Shown here: piece after piece, positions 26,974 through 39,479 of the stretch
Numbering within the stretch: position 1 is the stretch's first letter
How the letters are laid out: every line of letters starts with the position of its first letter
Assembly (NCBI GenBank): GCA_965112735.1
Contig: OZ218960.1
Coordinates: 3,343,088 to 3,407,087, forward strand
Direction of reading: 5' to 3'
Source: Phaeosaccion multiseriatum
Lineage: Eukaryota; Protista; Ochrophyta, other classes
Length of the DNA: 64,000 bases
Position numbers and translations under genes: made by a program
The notes under the pieces: model-generated
The model's input: the letters and a program-made list of their open reading frames with translations, nothing else
Told to the model about the DNA's origin: nothing
Databases searched by the model: none

Positions 26974-27264
26974 TGAGAGGAGGCCAAGAGGCAAAGCGGC
27001 GAGCTGTCTCACCTCCCCTCGACTCCTTCTGCGCTGCACTACATCGCCTGCGATGGCCCTGCGAAGCCGTCGTTCGAGCTGCTCTGCTCTGTGGACGGGG
27101 CTCTCCGCCTCGCCTCATTCATTGCCTTATTGGAGCGTCGCCTCACGGCCTTGATGACGTGTGGGGCTCCTCTGAGCCTCGCCTTGGAGTGTGGAGCTTC
27201 AGTACGAAACACAAAATGAAACGCTTGTTGCACAGTACACGACAAGCCTTGTTGGTTTGTTTAT

Positions 27265-27890
27265 TTAGCCGAATATTGTCTCGAGATCGACCAGCACCGG
27301 CACGGTTGAGCGCAGTGCTTCCCCTGCACCGGCCGCCCCTGCCCCCTCTATTTGTTGCCCTTCTAGTAACCTCCCGCCCCCCCCAAGCTGCACTGCCAGG
27401 GTCACTTCCTCCGAGCGGAAGATGACATCTTTGTACATGTTACTGCGCAGCTCCATGGCCAGGCGGAGCGGGAGGGAAGGCAGAGGCAAGGGGGTCTGCT
27501 CGCCTCCGCCTGCCTGTGTATCACCAACTGCTGCTGCTGCTATTGCTGCGGCTGTGGCCTTGCCCCCGACGATGTTCAGGAGCAGGTCCACCTCCCCGCG
27601 GTACACGCACATGAGCGTGCGCCTCCCCGCCTCTTGCCCCCCTGTGCCCCCCCCCGCCGTGAGACAGGCCTCCCCATCCCTGCCAATCTTAAAATCTTGT
27701 GTAGCAAAAGACACGCGCACAGAGGACGCCCCCAGGAAGGAGCCGTGTTGCTGTCCCTCGCCCCCTCCTTCGCTCCCCTCAACCCTCCAGAGGTCGACGC
27801 GCGAGAGCGGGCCTGGGGGGGAAGTGATGGCCACGCCGGAGTGGCCCTTACCCAGGCACAGCGCGCGAGTCACCCCTGCGGAGAGGGCCT

Positions 27891-27928
<38 letters not shown>

Positions 27929-30900
27929 GTGACAGAACACATCACACATACGTACATTCGCCAGGCAGAGAAGTGCTCGACGTGAGCCTCAGTCTGACCA
28001 TGTAGGGCGACTCTTCACGTCTCTGTCTCATAGCCTGCCTGCCTGCCTGCTTCTCTCTCTACCTCTCTGCCTCTCAGCCCGCCAACTTGCCTCTCCACCT
28101 CTCATCCTGCCTCGTTACCTCTATAACTCCCTTCATCTCAGCCTGCCTACCTCTCCCTCCCTCCCTCCCTCCCTCCCTCCCTCCGTGCCCATATACCCAC
28201 ACGCCTGCCTGTCAGCCTGCCTGACAGCCTGCCTGTCAGCCTGCCTGTCAGCCTGCCTGTCAGCCGTGTATTCACCTGTGCATAGGCGTGCTCGTCCCTC
28301 CCCCGCACTGTCTCCGCCGCGACCCTCCTCAGGCGCCCCCTGTCCTGATCCTTCCCCTCCCCCCCCTCCCCCCCCTCCACTCCGGCCTCTCGCGCCAGCT
28401 GCAGTGCCCACCTTTCCATCATGCCGTGGCTTGTTCCCGGGGGGGGCGGCGCTATCCTGACTCGCTGTGCATTGAGGGCGGCTTGCAGGAGGGGCTCCGA
28501 GTCCGCATGGGAGCGCAAGAGGAGAACATCCTACAGCGGACATTTGATAGGGGCATTGCGTTTGTCAAGGGCAGACACAAAGTGAGAGAGGGGCGCGTCG
28601 AAAGGAAGTTGCGCTCCTTGAACCCAATTAATTGAGAGAGAGAGAGAGAGAGAGAGAGTCCGAAAGACACAAGCCCGACTCACCAGGTACAAGGGCTCCT
28701 TACCCCCCCGGGGATCCACCAATGACAGCTGCAGAGAGGCGGGCAGCGCCCTCACTTGCTCGGCGGACAGCAAAGCCTCCTCCTCCTCCTCCTCCTCCTC
28801 CTCCTCCTCCTCCTCCTCCCCCTCCTCCTCCTCCTCCCCCTCCTGTTCCAAATGCTGCCCCTTACCCGAGCAATGCGGCCCCTGCTTCCCCTGGCCCATG
28901 CCATGCCCTTGTGTTGAGCATGAGGACAGGTGCTGAGGCCGATGCGGTGCGAGGCCTGCGGCGCGCAGTAAGCGCCCCAAGGGGGTGTCCCTCTCCTTCG
29001 CCGTCACCGACACCGCCACCGCCAGAGTAACGTGCGGGAGCTGCTCCATCTGGTGTGGCTCCAGCTGTGGCTCCATCGGTTCCACCTCACCCCCCCCCTC
29101 TCGCCCCCCGGCCGAACCTATCCCCTTCTCCATACCTATCGTCTCTGCGCCCCTCTCAAGCTCCTCCTGCACCAGCGTCACGAGCTCGTCCACACCGTCT
29201 TCGCCGCCCACCAGCAACAGCCTGCCCGTATGCCTGCCGCTGCTGCTTGTTCTTGCTGTCCGCTCCAATGCGTCCAAATCGTCGCCAGGCAGCTTGACAC
29301 CCCACGCCCACTGCAGATGGCTTGCGCGAGCCCCTCCAGTGCTACCCCTTCCCTCCGCTGCCATCCCCTCCTGCCGGTCGATGAGGGCCTCGAGGGCCTC
29401 CCTGTCGCTCTCCGAGGAGTAGTACACAGCGTCGTACCACCTCAGCTCACCGCCATCCCCATCCACTGCCATCCCCCTCCTGCTATCGCCCCCCTCCTTG
29501 GCCAGCCGCCCCAGCCCCCCGTCCGCTCCCCACAGCACGAGTGCCCTGAGCTGCACGTGGAGCCCCTGTGTGTGCACACGCATGCCCCCTGTGGCCCCGA
29601 GGTCTCTCCTGACAGTCCTGTCCGCCACGCCCCCCCAGGGCCCCACGGCCCACACCAGGTCATAGCCCCACAGCTGCGGCTCGAAGTCGAGGGGTGCCCC
29701 GTTCCCATCCCGTGACCCTAACCGTGACCCTAACCGTGACCAAGCCTCAGGGTCAGTGCCAAGGTCGGCGCTCTCTGAGGCCTTAAAGAGGGTGATCTTG
29801 TACTGGCGGCGGAGCAGGTCCAGCGCAGGCCCAAGGGAGCTGTCGAAGACAATGTCTCCCTCGCCCAAGCCGGGCTCGAGCACCACCGCAAGCTTTAAGC
29901 ACCCCGCCCGACGGCACTCAGACCGCCCGGGGGACGGTTGATTGTTCTCACGGCCCTCGCTGCTGTCAGAACCATCACCACCAAAACTGTCTCTCTCTCT
30001 GTCTCTGTCTTGAATTTGGTGGTAATGTGCGAGAATGTCCCGTATTCTGTGTCCCCACGTGTGCTGCTCCTCCACGGCCCTCCTCCTCGCCCTCCTCCCC
30101 TCCCTCCGTTGTGCCTCGCTCTGTCGCAGCAGAGCCTCAATATGGGCCGTGACCTGCCCCTCCAGTGCCATCCCCTGCCCGCCGTCTGACGCGACCCCCA
30201 GCACCAGGGCGGGAATGCCTGCCTGGGGTGCCCCCGCCTCGGATTCGCAGTCGCAGCCGCCGCCGCCCCTGCCCCCATCCACTGCCATCCTGCTGCACCG
30301 GACGCCGCATGTCGTCCCCCCCTCCGCCTCCTGCTCCTCCTCGTGCTCTCGGGCAGGGGCAGTGGCAGCGGCGCTGAAGAGCTCTGTGAGGGCCGGAAAA
30401 GCGTCGCTGATGAGCGGCGCCCCCACCGCGAGGGCCTCGAACACGCGATTGTTGACCATGCCCATGTCGCGTTGGTCGTCCATCGTCACCGCCAGCACCG
30501 CCAGCGCCCCTCTGTACACTCTGGCGAGCTGCCCTTCCCCGTGCGGCAAGACGCCCCTCCAGCACCGGGCCAAGTGGGGTAGGTCCTCTTGCACAGAGGC
30601 GTCTCCCCAGCCAGAGCCGTACAGGTCCAGCCCGGCCTTGGACTGAGCGGCCTCAGAGAGCATGCCCGCCAGCATGCGCTTGTGCGGCAGAGCCCCGGCC
30701 GCCCCCACGTACACCACTCGTCTGTCGTCCCTCCTATCCCTGGCGTGAGCAGCCGAGTCGTTACCCTCTTCTCCGTCATCCTCTTGCTCTTCTTCTTCCC
30801 AGCCAAAGCCCGTGGGCGAGTCTCCAATATCGACCGCGAGTGGCACGTAGGCCGTGGGGGCGAAGGCGCTGAGCTGCTCCAACACCTCTGCGCTGTTGGT

Positions 30901-31579
30901 GAGGAAGCCATCCACGTCCAGGGCAGCGAGCGCTGCGGGCCCGGGCAGGGAGGGGTCCAAGCAGAAGAACAACACCTTCACCGATGGGGACGCCTTGCGC
31001 GCCTCGTGGATGAAGGGCGTGATCATCTCGAAGAAGCCCTCGATGATCACGAGGTCCCACTCAGAGCCGTGAAGCCCCAAGTAGCGGAAGGGGTAGAAGA
31101 TGGACACCGCGCTCACCTCCGAGGTGCCCAGAGCCAGCAACGCCTCACGCATGCCTGGGGACGGACGGGTGGAGGAGCCATGGGTTCAGGACAAGAGTTT
31201 GGACCGAGTCAGAGTTAAGAGCCGGCAGAGCTTTAACTCCAAGGCGAAGGCAAGGGCACACTTATCTATACACACCTGCGGTTGTGAGCACGGAGCCCAC
31301 GATGAGGCCGGAGTCCGGGGCCGCTTGCGCGTGCAGCGCCACCTTGGGGGGGGGGGACAGCAAGTATCGGTCAAAGGGGAAGGAGGGAGCGCTGCTTCTT
31401 TGCCCACAGAGTGGTGCACCACCTACCCGTAGAGGCCTCTTCTCCCGTGGCGCGGTCGTCGCGCATGCCGATACCAACAGCAGGAGGAGTGCCAAAGCCG
31501 CCCAAGCCCTTGCATGGCGACTGCCTGTGGGTCCATTGGCTCGGCTCCTGGCGGCTCCTTCGCCCCGTTCGCCAGCCAT
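27265..31579 (-). CDS. Signal-anchor/secreted glycosyltransferase, GT-B CgeB-like (Glyco_trans_1_2 type), with long low-complexity extensions
   Basis: Hydrophobic N-terminus (AWAALALLLLLVSACA); motifs YVPLAVD, LDLYGSGW, LARVY, MVNNRVFEALAVGAPLISD, EQHTWGHRI. The 3' exons are less certain. Confidence 0.7.
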
Positions 31580-32403
31580 GGCCAGGCGCCCTTGAGGCAG
31601 TCGGCAAGCCCAAAGGATCATGTCCCGGAGAAGCCAGGGTGAGAGAGGAATGGGCTCACATTGTCAGGGTGAGAGGAGTGGGAGAGAGAGAGAGAGAGAG
31701 AGGGGAGGAGGGACAGGATCGGCCAAGATTCCAACCGTCGAGATTATTGAGAAGTCGAGCACCTCGAGAAAAGAAAGGCACTCCACGGCGTCCGTCCACT
31801 CCCCCCTCTCTCCCTCTCCCTCTCCCTCTTTTTTTTGCTGTCCTACGTGCTGCTCCCAAGTGGTCCTGACCCTCCCTAAGCACCTTGCCCACTAGTCCTG
31901 CGTCCGTCGCTCGCTTCTCAAGCTTTAGGCTTCACCGACCACAGAGAAGGACAGCAGACTCTCAGCAGAGGCCATGTGTGGGGACTCGGGCCAGGAGGAG
32001 TGAGGCGTGTAGGGGTACTACTACGGCTTACACTCAAAGCCCAGCAGAAGGTTAGTGGTGGGTTAGGCCTCCCTCCAAGTGAAGGCCTTGTCTGCATGTT
32101 GAAGAGCACCATTCTCGTTTGCTGGATGCACTTTCCCCCGCTCTTCAGACTCGCCCGAGGAAAGCCCATGTCTGGTCTGTCTTGGACTGCGTTTGAGCAT
32201 CTTGTGCTCGAAAGCTGCCTGACGCCCGGTCCACCCCCCCCCCCCCCACCCTTGCCTCCCTTGGGCTGGCTTTCCGCCCCTCTCTCTTTTCCCCCTCTCT
32301 TTTGTCGGTGCTCTGGGTGGCCTTGGCTGCGCGCGTGCTCCGCACCTCCTATTTGCATCCTAACTCCTCATCCTAGCAGCAGTGTACGTCTCTGCGTTGA
32401 AAT

Positions 32404-33877
32404 ATGGCATTGCCTGCGCGAGCCCCGTCGCCGGAGCTGGAGAGCGACCTGGACAAGCTGCTGGAGTCGGAGCTCAAGGAGTTCGACATGAGCGAGAGCC
32501 ATCAAGTGGCAGCAGAGGCGTGTCTGGCGGCGTGCTGCCAGCTCATCAAGTATGACATTGCAGAGCTCTGGACCTTCGTGGGGGCGCTGGACAGCACGGA
32601 GGGGCGCAGCAAGACGCCGCTGTGCTTGCACATGTACAGCACCCCGCTGACCATCGAGAGCTACCAGACACACGTGGGGGGTATGCTGAGCCTGGCCAAC
32701 AGGGCTGAGAGGCACACGCTGAGCCCTCTGCTGGTAGAGAAGGCCATCATGGAGGGCAAGACTCAGTGGTACACCTCCGAGTCCAAGGACTCCCCCCTGC
32801 ACGAGAGCCTGCCCCTCAACACGGCGGTGGCGATGCCGCTGAGCTTCGATCTTCTGCACAAGGTCAGTGCTCAGTGCCAGTGTGGCATCGCCGGCCTGCC
32901 CCTGCTCTCGCTCAGATGGAGACACGGGTTTTCTCTCTTTCATGTTTGTTTTCGATGAGTGTTGTACGCGTTTTTCGCTCTCAAGAGCGCAATGGTTTAT
33001 AGCGAGCTAATGACTCCTTATATATCGCTACAAGCCTCACTGACCCTTTCCACTCGTGTGCCCCCCCCCCCCACCTCCCTCCTTAGGACGTGGTGGCCAT
33101 CTTCTTTGCGACGGAGGACATCTTGCGCACGGGTTACAAGTACCAGCTCTCGCTCTCCATGGCTAAAGGGGCCGCCCTCTCCCTGGCCAGGGCCCTCCCT
33201 GTCAGCAACAAGGCTGTGGTCGACTCTGCGGGAGACTTCAACCTCAGCAGCAGCAGGAGCAGCAGCAGGATGAGGATGAGACGCACCATGAGCCGCCTCA
33301 GCGAGGGGCCGGACGAGTGGGACGAGGACGCGTCCCCCGGGGGGGCGGGGTCAGACTCGCCGTTGGGGTCTGTGGGGTCTGCGTGCAGCAGCGAGATTAT
33401 GGAGGTGAAGCTGCCGGAGCAGGTCTTCGTGGGGGGGGGGGGCGGGGGCGGAGGCGCCTCGCCCAATGAGGCAAGGCTATCAGGCGGGATTGCACAGCAT
33501 TCAGACTGGGAGGGGAGTGGCAGCGGCAGCGGCAGCGAGCGGGGGGGGCGAGGGGCCAAGGGCGGCAAGAAGTCCCCTGGGGTGGGGCCTTCCTCGCCCC
33601 CACTCTTCTCCCCATCGCACTCGCTGGACAGCGGGGGGGGCAGTGCTGGAGCAGATGTCCCTCCCAAGGGCCCGAATCTCCCAGGGGACACGACCCAGCG
33701 CCCCCCCCTGCCCCCCTCGGCGGGGTCCTTCACCGCCACAAAGGTGCGCACGGACTGTCCGGCTGGCTGACTGAATGAATGAATGACTATCTGGCTGACT
33801 GAATGACTGACTGGATGAATGACTGACTGACGGACTGACCGACCGAATGAATGACTAACTGACTGAATGACTGACTA

Positions 33878-33936
<59 letters not shown>

Positions 33937-34544
33937 CTTGTGTGTTTGTCGACCGGCCTGTCTGCCTGCCTGTCGACATGCCTGCCCGCGTGCCTGCCTG
34001 ACTGCCTCATTGACCGACCTGCCTGCTTGACGGATGGCCTGTTTGTCTGCCTGCTTGACGGACTGACTGTTTGCCTTCCTGCCTGACTGACTGCCTGCCT
34101 GCCTGCCTGTCTGACTGACTGACTGACTGACTGACTGACTGACTGATTAACTGACTGACTGACTAACTGACTGACTGAATGACTCTCTGAGTGACTGCCT
34201 GAGTGACTGACAGACTGAATGACTGACTGACTGACTGACTGACTGACTGACTGACGGCCTGATCGACTGACCGCTGCCTGCCTTCCTGCTTACTGACCTG
34301 TCTGCCTGCCTGGCCTCTGAAGGTGCGCACGGACGTGGCGTGGGAGGAGCTCTCAACGGTGGAGTTCCTTGTGAACGGATCGCGCTGCACCATCTACACC
34401 GCCGTGTTCATGGGCAGGGCCGTGACCGTCAAGCTGCTCAACAAGGGGGTGGCCGACAAAGGTGGGCAGTCGGGTGGCCGGTGGTCGTCTGAGGATATAT
34501 TTCTGTATATACTTCTGTATGTATGATGTGTGTGTCTGTCTGCC

Positions 34545-34607
<63 letters not shown>

Positions 34608-37600
34608 ATGTATGTATGTATGTATGTATGTATGTATGTATGTATGTATGTATGTATGTATGTATGTATATATGTATATTTTCTTATGTATGTATAAAAC
34701 TGTGTGTGTTGTGGTGCCCTGCCCCCCGCTGAGCAGGCGGCCCCTTGCCCCGCGGGCCCAATTGACCCTCTGCCCAATGATTGCTCAGTTGCTGAATCGT
34801 CATGTCCATGCCCTGTGGTTGCCCAATCAATTGTCTATGCAACGCACAGACCTCGTGCGAGCGGAGCTTGAGCTTGAGGCGCGCATGCTCATGCGACTCG
34901 ACCACCCCCACATCGTCACGCTCATTGGTGAGTACCTGCATTCGGACACCCACACATCGTCACGCTGGCTCAACCACGAGAGCTCACATCACACAACCTT
35001 GTTGAAGTATCACCAACTGCTGTTGTTGTGGCCATTGTTGTGCCGTATTTGTCGGGGTTTCTTTCCCGCCTTCTGCGCTCTCTCCACCTCGTTGGATTTC
35101 ACACACACACGCACTCATACACACACACACACATACACGCACTCACCACACACACACACACAATACACAGGCACCGGGACCATTCCCGAGCGCTTCATCT
35201 TGCTGGAGCGCCTCGACGGAGGCACCTTGGCGCAGAGGTGAGGCGATGCTCTCAATCAATCACGCACTCTCACTTACTCACTCACTCCCTCACTCACTCC
35301 CTTACTCACTCGCTTCCTCACTCACTCACCCACTCACTCACACACTCACTCACCCACTCTCAAGCTCACTCACTTACTCACTCACTCACTCATTTCTTCA
35401 TTCATTCATCCACTCACCCATTCACTCAGTAACCCACTCACCCACGCTCTCACTCAATCACTCACTCACTCACCCACTCACCCACTAACCCACTCACTCA
35501 CTCACTCACTCACTCACTCACTCACTCACTCACTCACTCACTCACTCACTCACTCACTTACTCACTCACTCACTCACTCTGTCACTCACTCACTCACTCA
35601 CTCACTCACTCACTCACTCACTCACTCACTCACTCACTCACTCACTCACTCACTTATTACGCACTTATCCACTCACCCGTTCACCCCCTCACCCGCGCAC
35701 TCACTCAACCACTCAGTCACCCATTAACCCACCCACTCATTCACCCACGCTCTCACTGACTGTCTGAGCAGGTTCGGCAACGCTCTCGCAGTGCGGGATA
35801 GGAGGCAGCGCTTCGTGGCGGTGCGCCCCCTGACGTACATGCAGATCTTGCTGGGGGGGCTGCAGATGGCGGAGGCATTCAAGTACATGCATGAGGAGGT
35901 GAGGAGGAGGGGGGGAGGCAGTGCCTGGAGCTGGGCCGCTCATTGCTGCTGGCGCTAGCGAAGCCAAGGGATGGGAGAGAAGACGAGGCACTCCCCCCCC
36001 CCCCTCTGCCCCTTTCCTCTCCCCTCCTCTCTCACCCACCCCCTTCTCCACTCCCCCCCCTGCACCCCCCCCCTCTTCTATCCCCCCCTCCCCTCTCCGC
36101 CCTCTCCCGTGCAGGCGCTGCCCGGACGCTGCATCTTGCACAGAGATCTCAAACCAGACAGTGAGTGCACAGTGTTTGAGTGCGGAAGGTCCCCCTCCCT
36201 CTCTTCCTCCCTCTCCCCCCCCCCCCCCTCCCTCCGTCTCGCTCTGGATGGGGCCCGTCCCTCTCTCTTGTCTCTTTGCAGCCCTAGTACGACCACAAGG
36301 GGTAGTTTAATGCATACATGACCGCATGTCTGACTGTCCGATCCGATTGCTCTCTGATGGCTCCACTCCTCCACACACGAATGTACAGATGTGGCCTTTG
36401 ACTCCGACGGAAACCTCAAGCTTATTGATCTCGGTCTTGCGAAGGTGAGACGGAGACGGGCCACGAGAGAGAGAGAGAGGAGAGAGAGGCGCTACGATCG
36501 AGGATAGTTTTGTCAATGTTGACTTGCTGCTTACTGTCGGCCGCCGCTGTAGGATTGTCTGCTGAGGCGATTGGTGAAGCCATACGTGCGGCCAAGCGAC
36601 GCTTGGGGCTAGGCGAGCGAGCGACACCCCCCTCGAGTTGTGCCTCAAAGACATGATGTCCACTCACCCCTCTCTGCCCCTCCTCTCCCCCCCTCCTCTC
36701 CCCCCTTCCTTTCTGTGCCTCCTTAGGTCATCCCCCAGGGCACCAACGCAGACGAGGTGTTCGCCATGACAGGTCAGACGGGAAGTTTGCGCTACATGGC
36801 CCCCGAAGGTGAGACCAAGGTGTAGAGAGCCTCTTTGCCCTCTCTTCACTCTCTGCCCCTATGGCGGTCGTCTGGCACAAGCTTTTGCATCTATGACGCG
36901 CGGAAAGAGCCCCTCTGGTCTCTGTCTCTTCTCCCCGCAGGAAGAAACCAATGCTGTACTCTTCTTCGCCCCCTTGGAGCTTGGCTTGAGATGGCACTTC
37001 CTTGCAACAGGGGCCTACCTGCCAAACTGCTAACCTTTCGTCCCTCCCCACCCCCCCCTGCCCCCCCCCCCCCAGTGGCCAACGGGCTGCGCTACAACCG
37101 CAAGGCCGACGTGCACAGCTTCGCCATGGTGCTGTGGGAGATGGCAGCCTCCAAGAAGCCCTTCCTCGAATACGACAGGAAGCTCATCATGACCATGGCC
37201 TTCTCGGAGAAGGTCAGTGCCGTTCCCCAGAAACAGAGACTCTGTTACGACATAACGCTCCCCTTCCTTCATTTTCCAAACGTTTGGATAGTACTGAAGG
37301 CATATTGGGATGCCTTATGTAACAGACACATGGATTTCATCACCCTCCTGGTCTGCTGTGGACCCCTCCCCAATCCTCCCCTTCCCTGCCCCTTACCCCT
37401 ACCCCTTCCCCCTGCCCCTCCCCTCCCTGCCCCCCCCCCCCCTACTCCCTCCAATGGCCCCAATGCCGTATTTCCGCACAGGCGATGCGCCCCGCGTGCA
37501 AGAAGGAGTGGCCTCCTGCCTTCTCCGCCCTGCTCAAGGTCCGTCCTTCCCTTCTCTTCCCTTTCGTTCCCTTCCCTTCCGGGAGAGAGCTCGCCCCCGC

Positions 37601-37985
37601 CCTTGCGCTCCTGCTACTCCCACCTGGCAGCACCCGGCCTTCCACTTTTTGTGTATGCCCTCGTCCCCAGAGCGATCGCCGAAGCTGTCGCTTGTAGGAT
37701 ACCATGCTCTTATCCCAACCCTACCTCCCCCTACCTCCCCTTCCCTTGTCTCACCACCAAACGCATATGTGTCCCTCCGCTTGTATGTCCCCGCTTTATT
37801 GTGGTCGTGCTTAGCGGTGCTGGGCGGCGGACCCGAAGGACCGGCCCACCTTCAGCGCTATTGAGGGCTCCCTGCGCACCATGGTCCGAGAGGCCACAGC
37901 GGCGGAGGAGCCGCAGGGACGCCCCATGAGCGTGGCCAAGAACCCCGCCCTCAAGAAGATGTTCGGCTTTGTACTGCAGAAGTAG
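32404..37985 (+). CDS. TKL-group protein kinase with a possible N-terminal GAF-like region; many microsatellite-filled introns
   Basis: VTVKLL, E.RMLMRLDHPHIV, ILLERLDGGTL, ILHRDLKPD, LKLIDLGLAK, TGQTGSLRYMAPE, YNRKADVHSFAMVLWEM, CWAADPKDRPTF; stop TAG 37983-37985. Confidence 0.88.
32991..33032 (+). mobile_element. Single-arm copy of the palindromic mini-element found at 45040-45131, in kinase intron 1
   Basis: AATGGTTTATAGCGAGCTAATGACTCCTTATATATCGCTACA matches the element arm at 40 of 42 positions and keeps the CTACA end. Confidence 0.85.
33765..34315 (+). repeat. Compound (GACT)n/(GCCT)n intronic microsatellite
   Basis: Read directly. Confidence 0.9.
34535..34668 (+). repeat. (GTCT)n-(GTAT)n intronic microsatellite
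   Basis: Read directly. Confidence 0.9.
35265..35755 (+). repeat. (CACT)n intronic microsatellite
   Basis: Read directly. Confidence 0.9.
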
Positions 37986-38341
37986 TGGTGGAGCAGACAG
38001 ATTTGAGTTCTAGAAGTAGACAAGCCACAAGAAGCATGTGTTTTTTTTGCGTCGCATCGGTAGTGAACTGGCGTCGAAGGCCGTCAGTCCGTGAGGTGGG
38101 ACCATCGCTTCTCACGGCTTTGGCCAGCAGCAGGAGCAGGAGGGTGTCGCCCACAGCTGTGGCGCAGAGACGACGGAGCTCCGTGTACAGCACAGCGGGG
38201 AAGGTTTTCCACACATCATGGTGAAGGAAGCAAGGTAGGGCCAACAAATGTAATACATCTTGACCAAATTGGGCAGTCCGCATCGGGTGCCGATCGTGGA
38301 CTTAAAAGTAAAAGAGCCGAGAACTCGCTATATGAGATGCC

Positions 38342-38724
38342 TGTAAAAGCGACTTCAGCCGCTTAGACAAGTGGTAACACTCGGTATATTATCCGGGATG
38401 GAACCCGTTTGCAAGCCCTGCTGCTAGGCTCTCCTTACCAAGATTACCTTTTCTGACGGCTCGGTGCCACTCAGAATCTACGGAATATAGGACACACCGA
38501 CCACTCTGAGGCCTTCCAACATCCCCAATGCCTATCCCGTAACCTTCCAACATCCCCTGTACCTATCCCCCCTCGTCGACCACCACCACCGCAAGGTCTA
38601 GAACCCCAACTGTTGCGCCGTCTCCGCAGCGATGCCCATCCCCCACTTCTCGTGCAACATGGTGTAAAAGCGACTTAAGCCGAAGCGACTTAAGCCGCTT
38701 AGACAAGTGGTAACACTCGGTATA
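38342..38724 (-). mobile_element. Remnant of a second LTR family: 180-bp 3' LTR (38342-38521), PPT, integrase C-terminal tail, and a truncated second LTR copy (38663-38724)
   Basis: TGTAAAAGCG...CCTTCCAACA termini followed by TCCCC (PPT on minus). The TGTAAAAGCGAC...CGGTATA block is repeated at 38663. Peptide HEKWGMGIAAETAQQLGF* resembles the C-terminus of the large element. Confidence 0.7.
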
Positions 38725-39246
38725 GGGTTGAACAATGCCTTGTGTGGGCCGATGGGGTTGAAGTGATCCCACCGTGGTCGCAACGAGTCTGCGCGGCGTG
38801 TATGGTGCGCTCGGCGGGGTTGAACATGGACCTCTGTGGGGTTGAACAGGCCCATCTGTGGCCCCCGGTGGGCAATCTGGGCCTGATTTCGGCACGGGAG
38901 GGTTGAACAATGGCTTCCATGGGCCGGTGGGGTTGAAATGGTCCCAACATGGTCGCAATGAGTGTGCGTTGCGTCTATGGTGCGCTCGGCGGGGTTGAAC
39001 ATGGACCTCTGTGGGGTTGAACAGGCCCATCTGTGGCCCCGGGTGGGCAATCTGGGCCTGATTTCGGCACGGGGGGGTTGAACAATCGCTTCCATGGGCC
39101 GGTGGGGTTGAAATGGTCCCACCACGGTCGCAACGAGTCTGCGCTGCGTCTACAGTGTGCTCGGCGGGGTTGAACATGGGCCTCTGTGGGGTTGAACAGG
39201 CCCATCTGTGGCCCCCCGTGGGCAATCTGGGCCTGATTTCGACACG
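38725..39246. repeat. 175-bp satellite, left part (3 monomers)
   Basis: GGTTGAACAA anchor at 38726, 38901, 39076. Confidence 0.95.
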
Positions 39247-39441
39247 TGTCGAAACTACCGACAGCTAGCCTCAAAGCCAAGCTAGAGCAGAGCAGAAGCT
39301 GAAGCAAGCACCCGGAAGCCAGCCCACACGCAGGCTGCGCTTCCTTTCTTTATTACTGATTTACCGTCTAGTTGGCCCGTTTTCCGGCCGTTACACTACT
39401 GATTGGGTCCCCAAGGGACCCCAACTAGGCCACTTCTAACA
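39247..39441 (-). repeat. 3' LTR (195 bp)
   Basis: TGTTAGAAG...TTTCGACA on minus; contains AATAAA; identical by eye to 51684-51878. Confidence 0.97.
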
Positions 39442-39479
39442 TCCCCCTCACTACACCCCCGCTTCTTCCGCTAGCTCCC

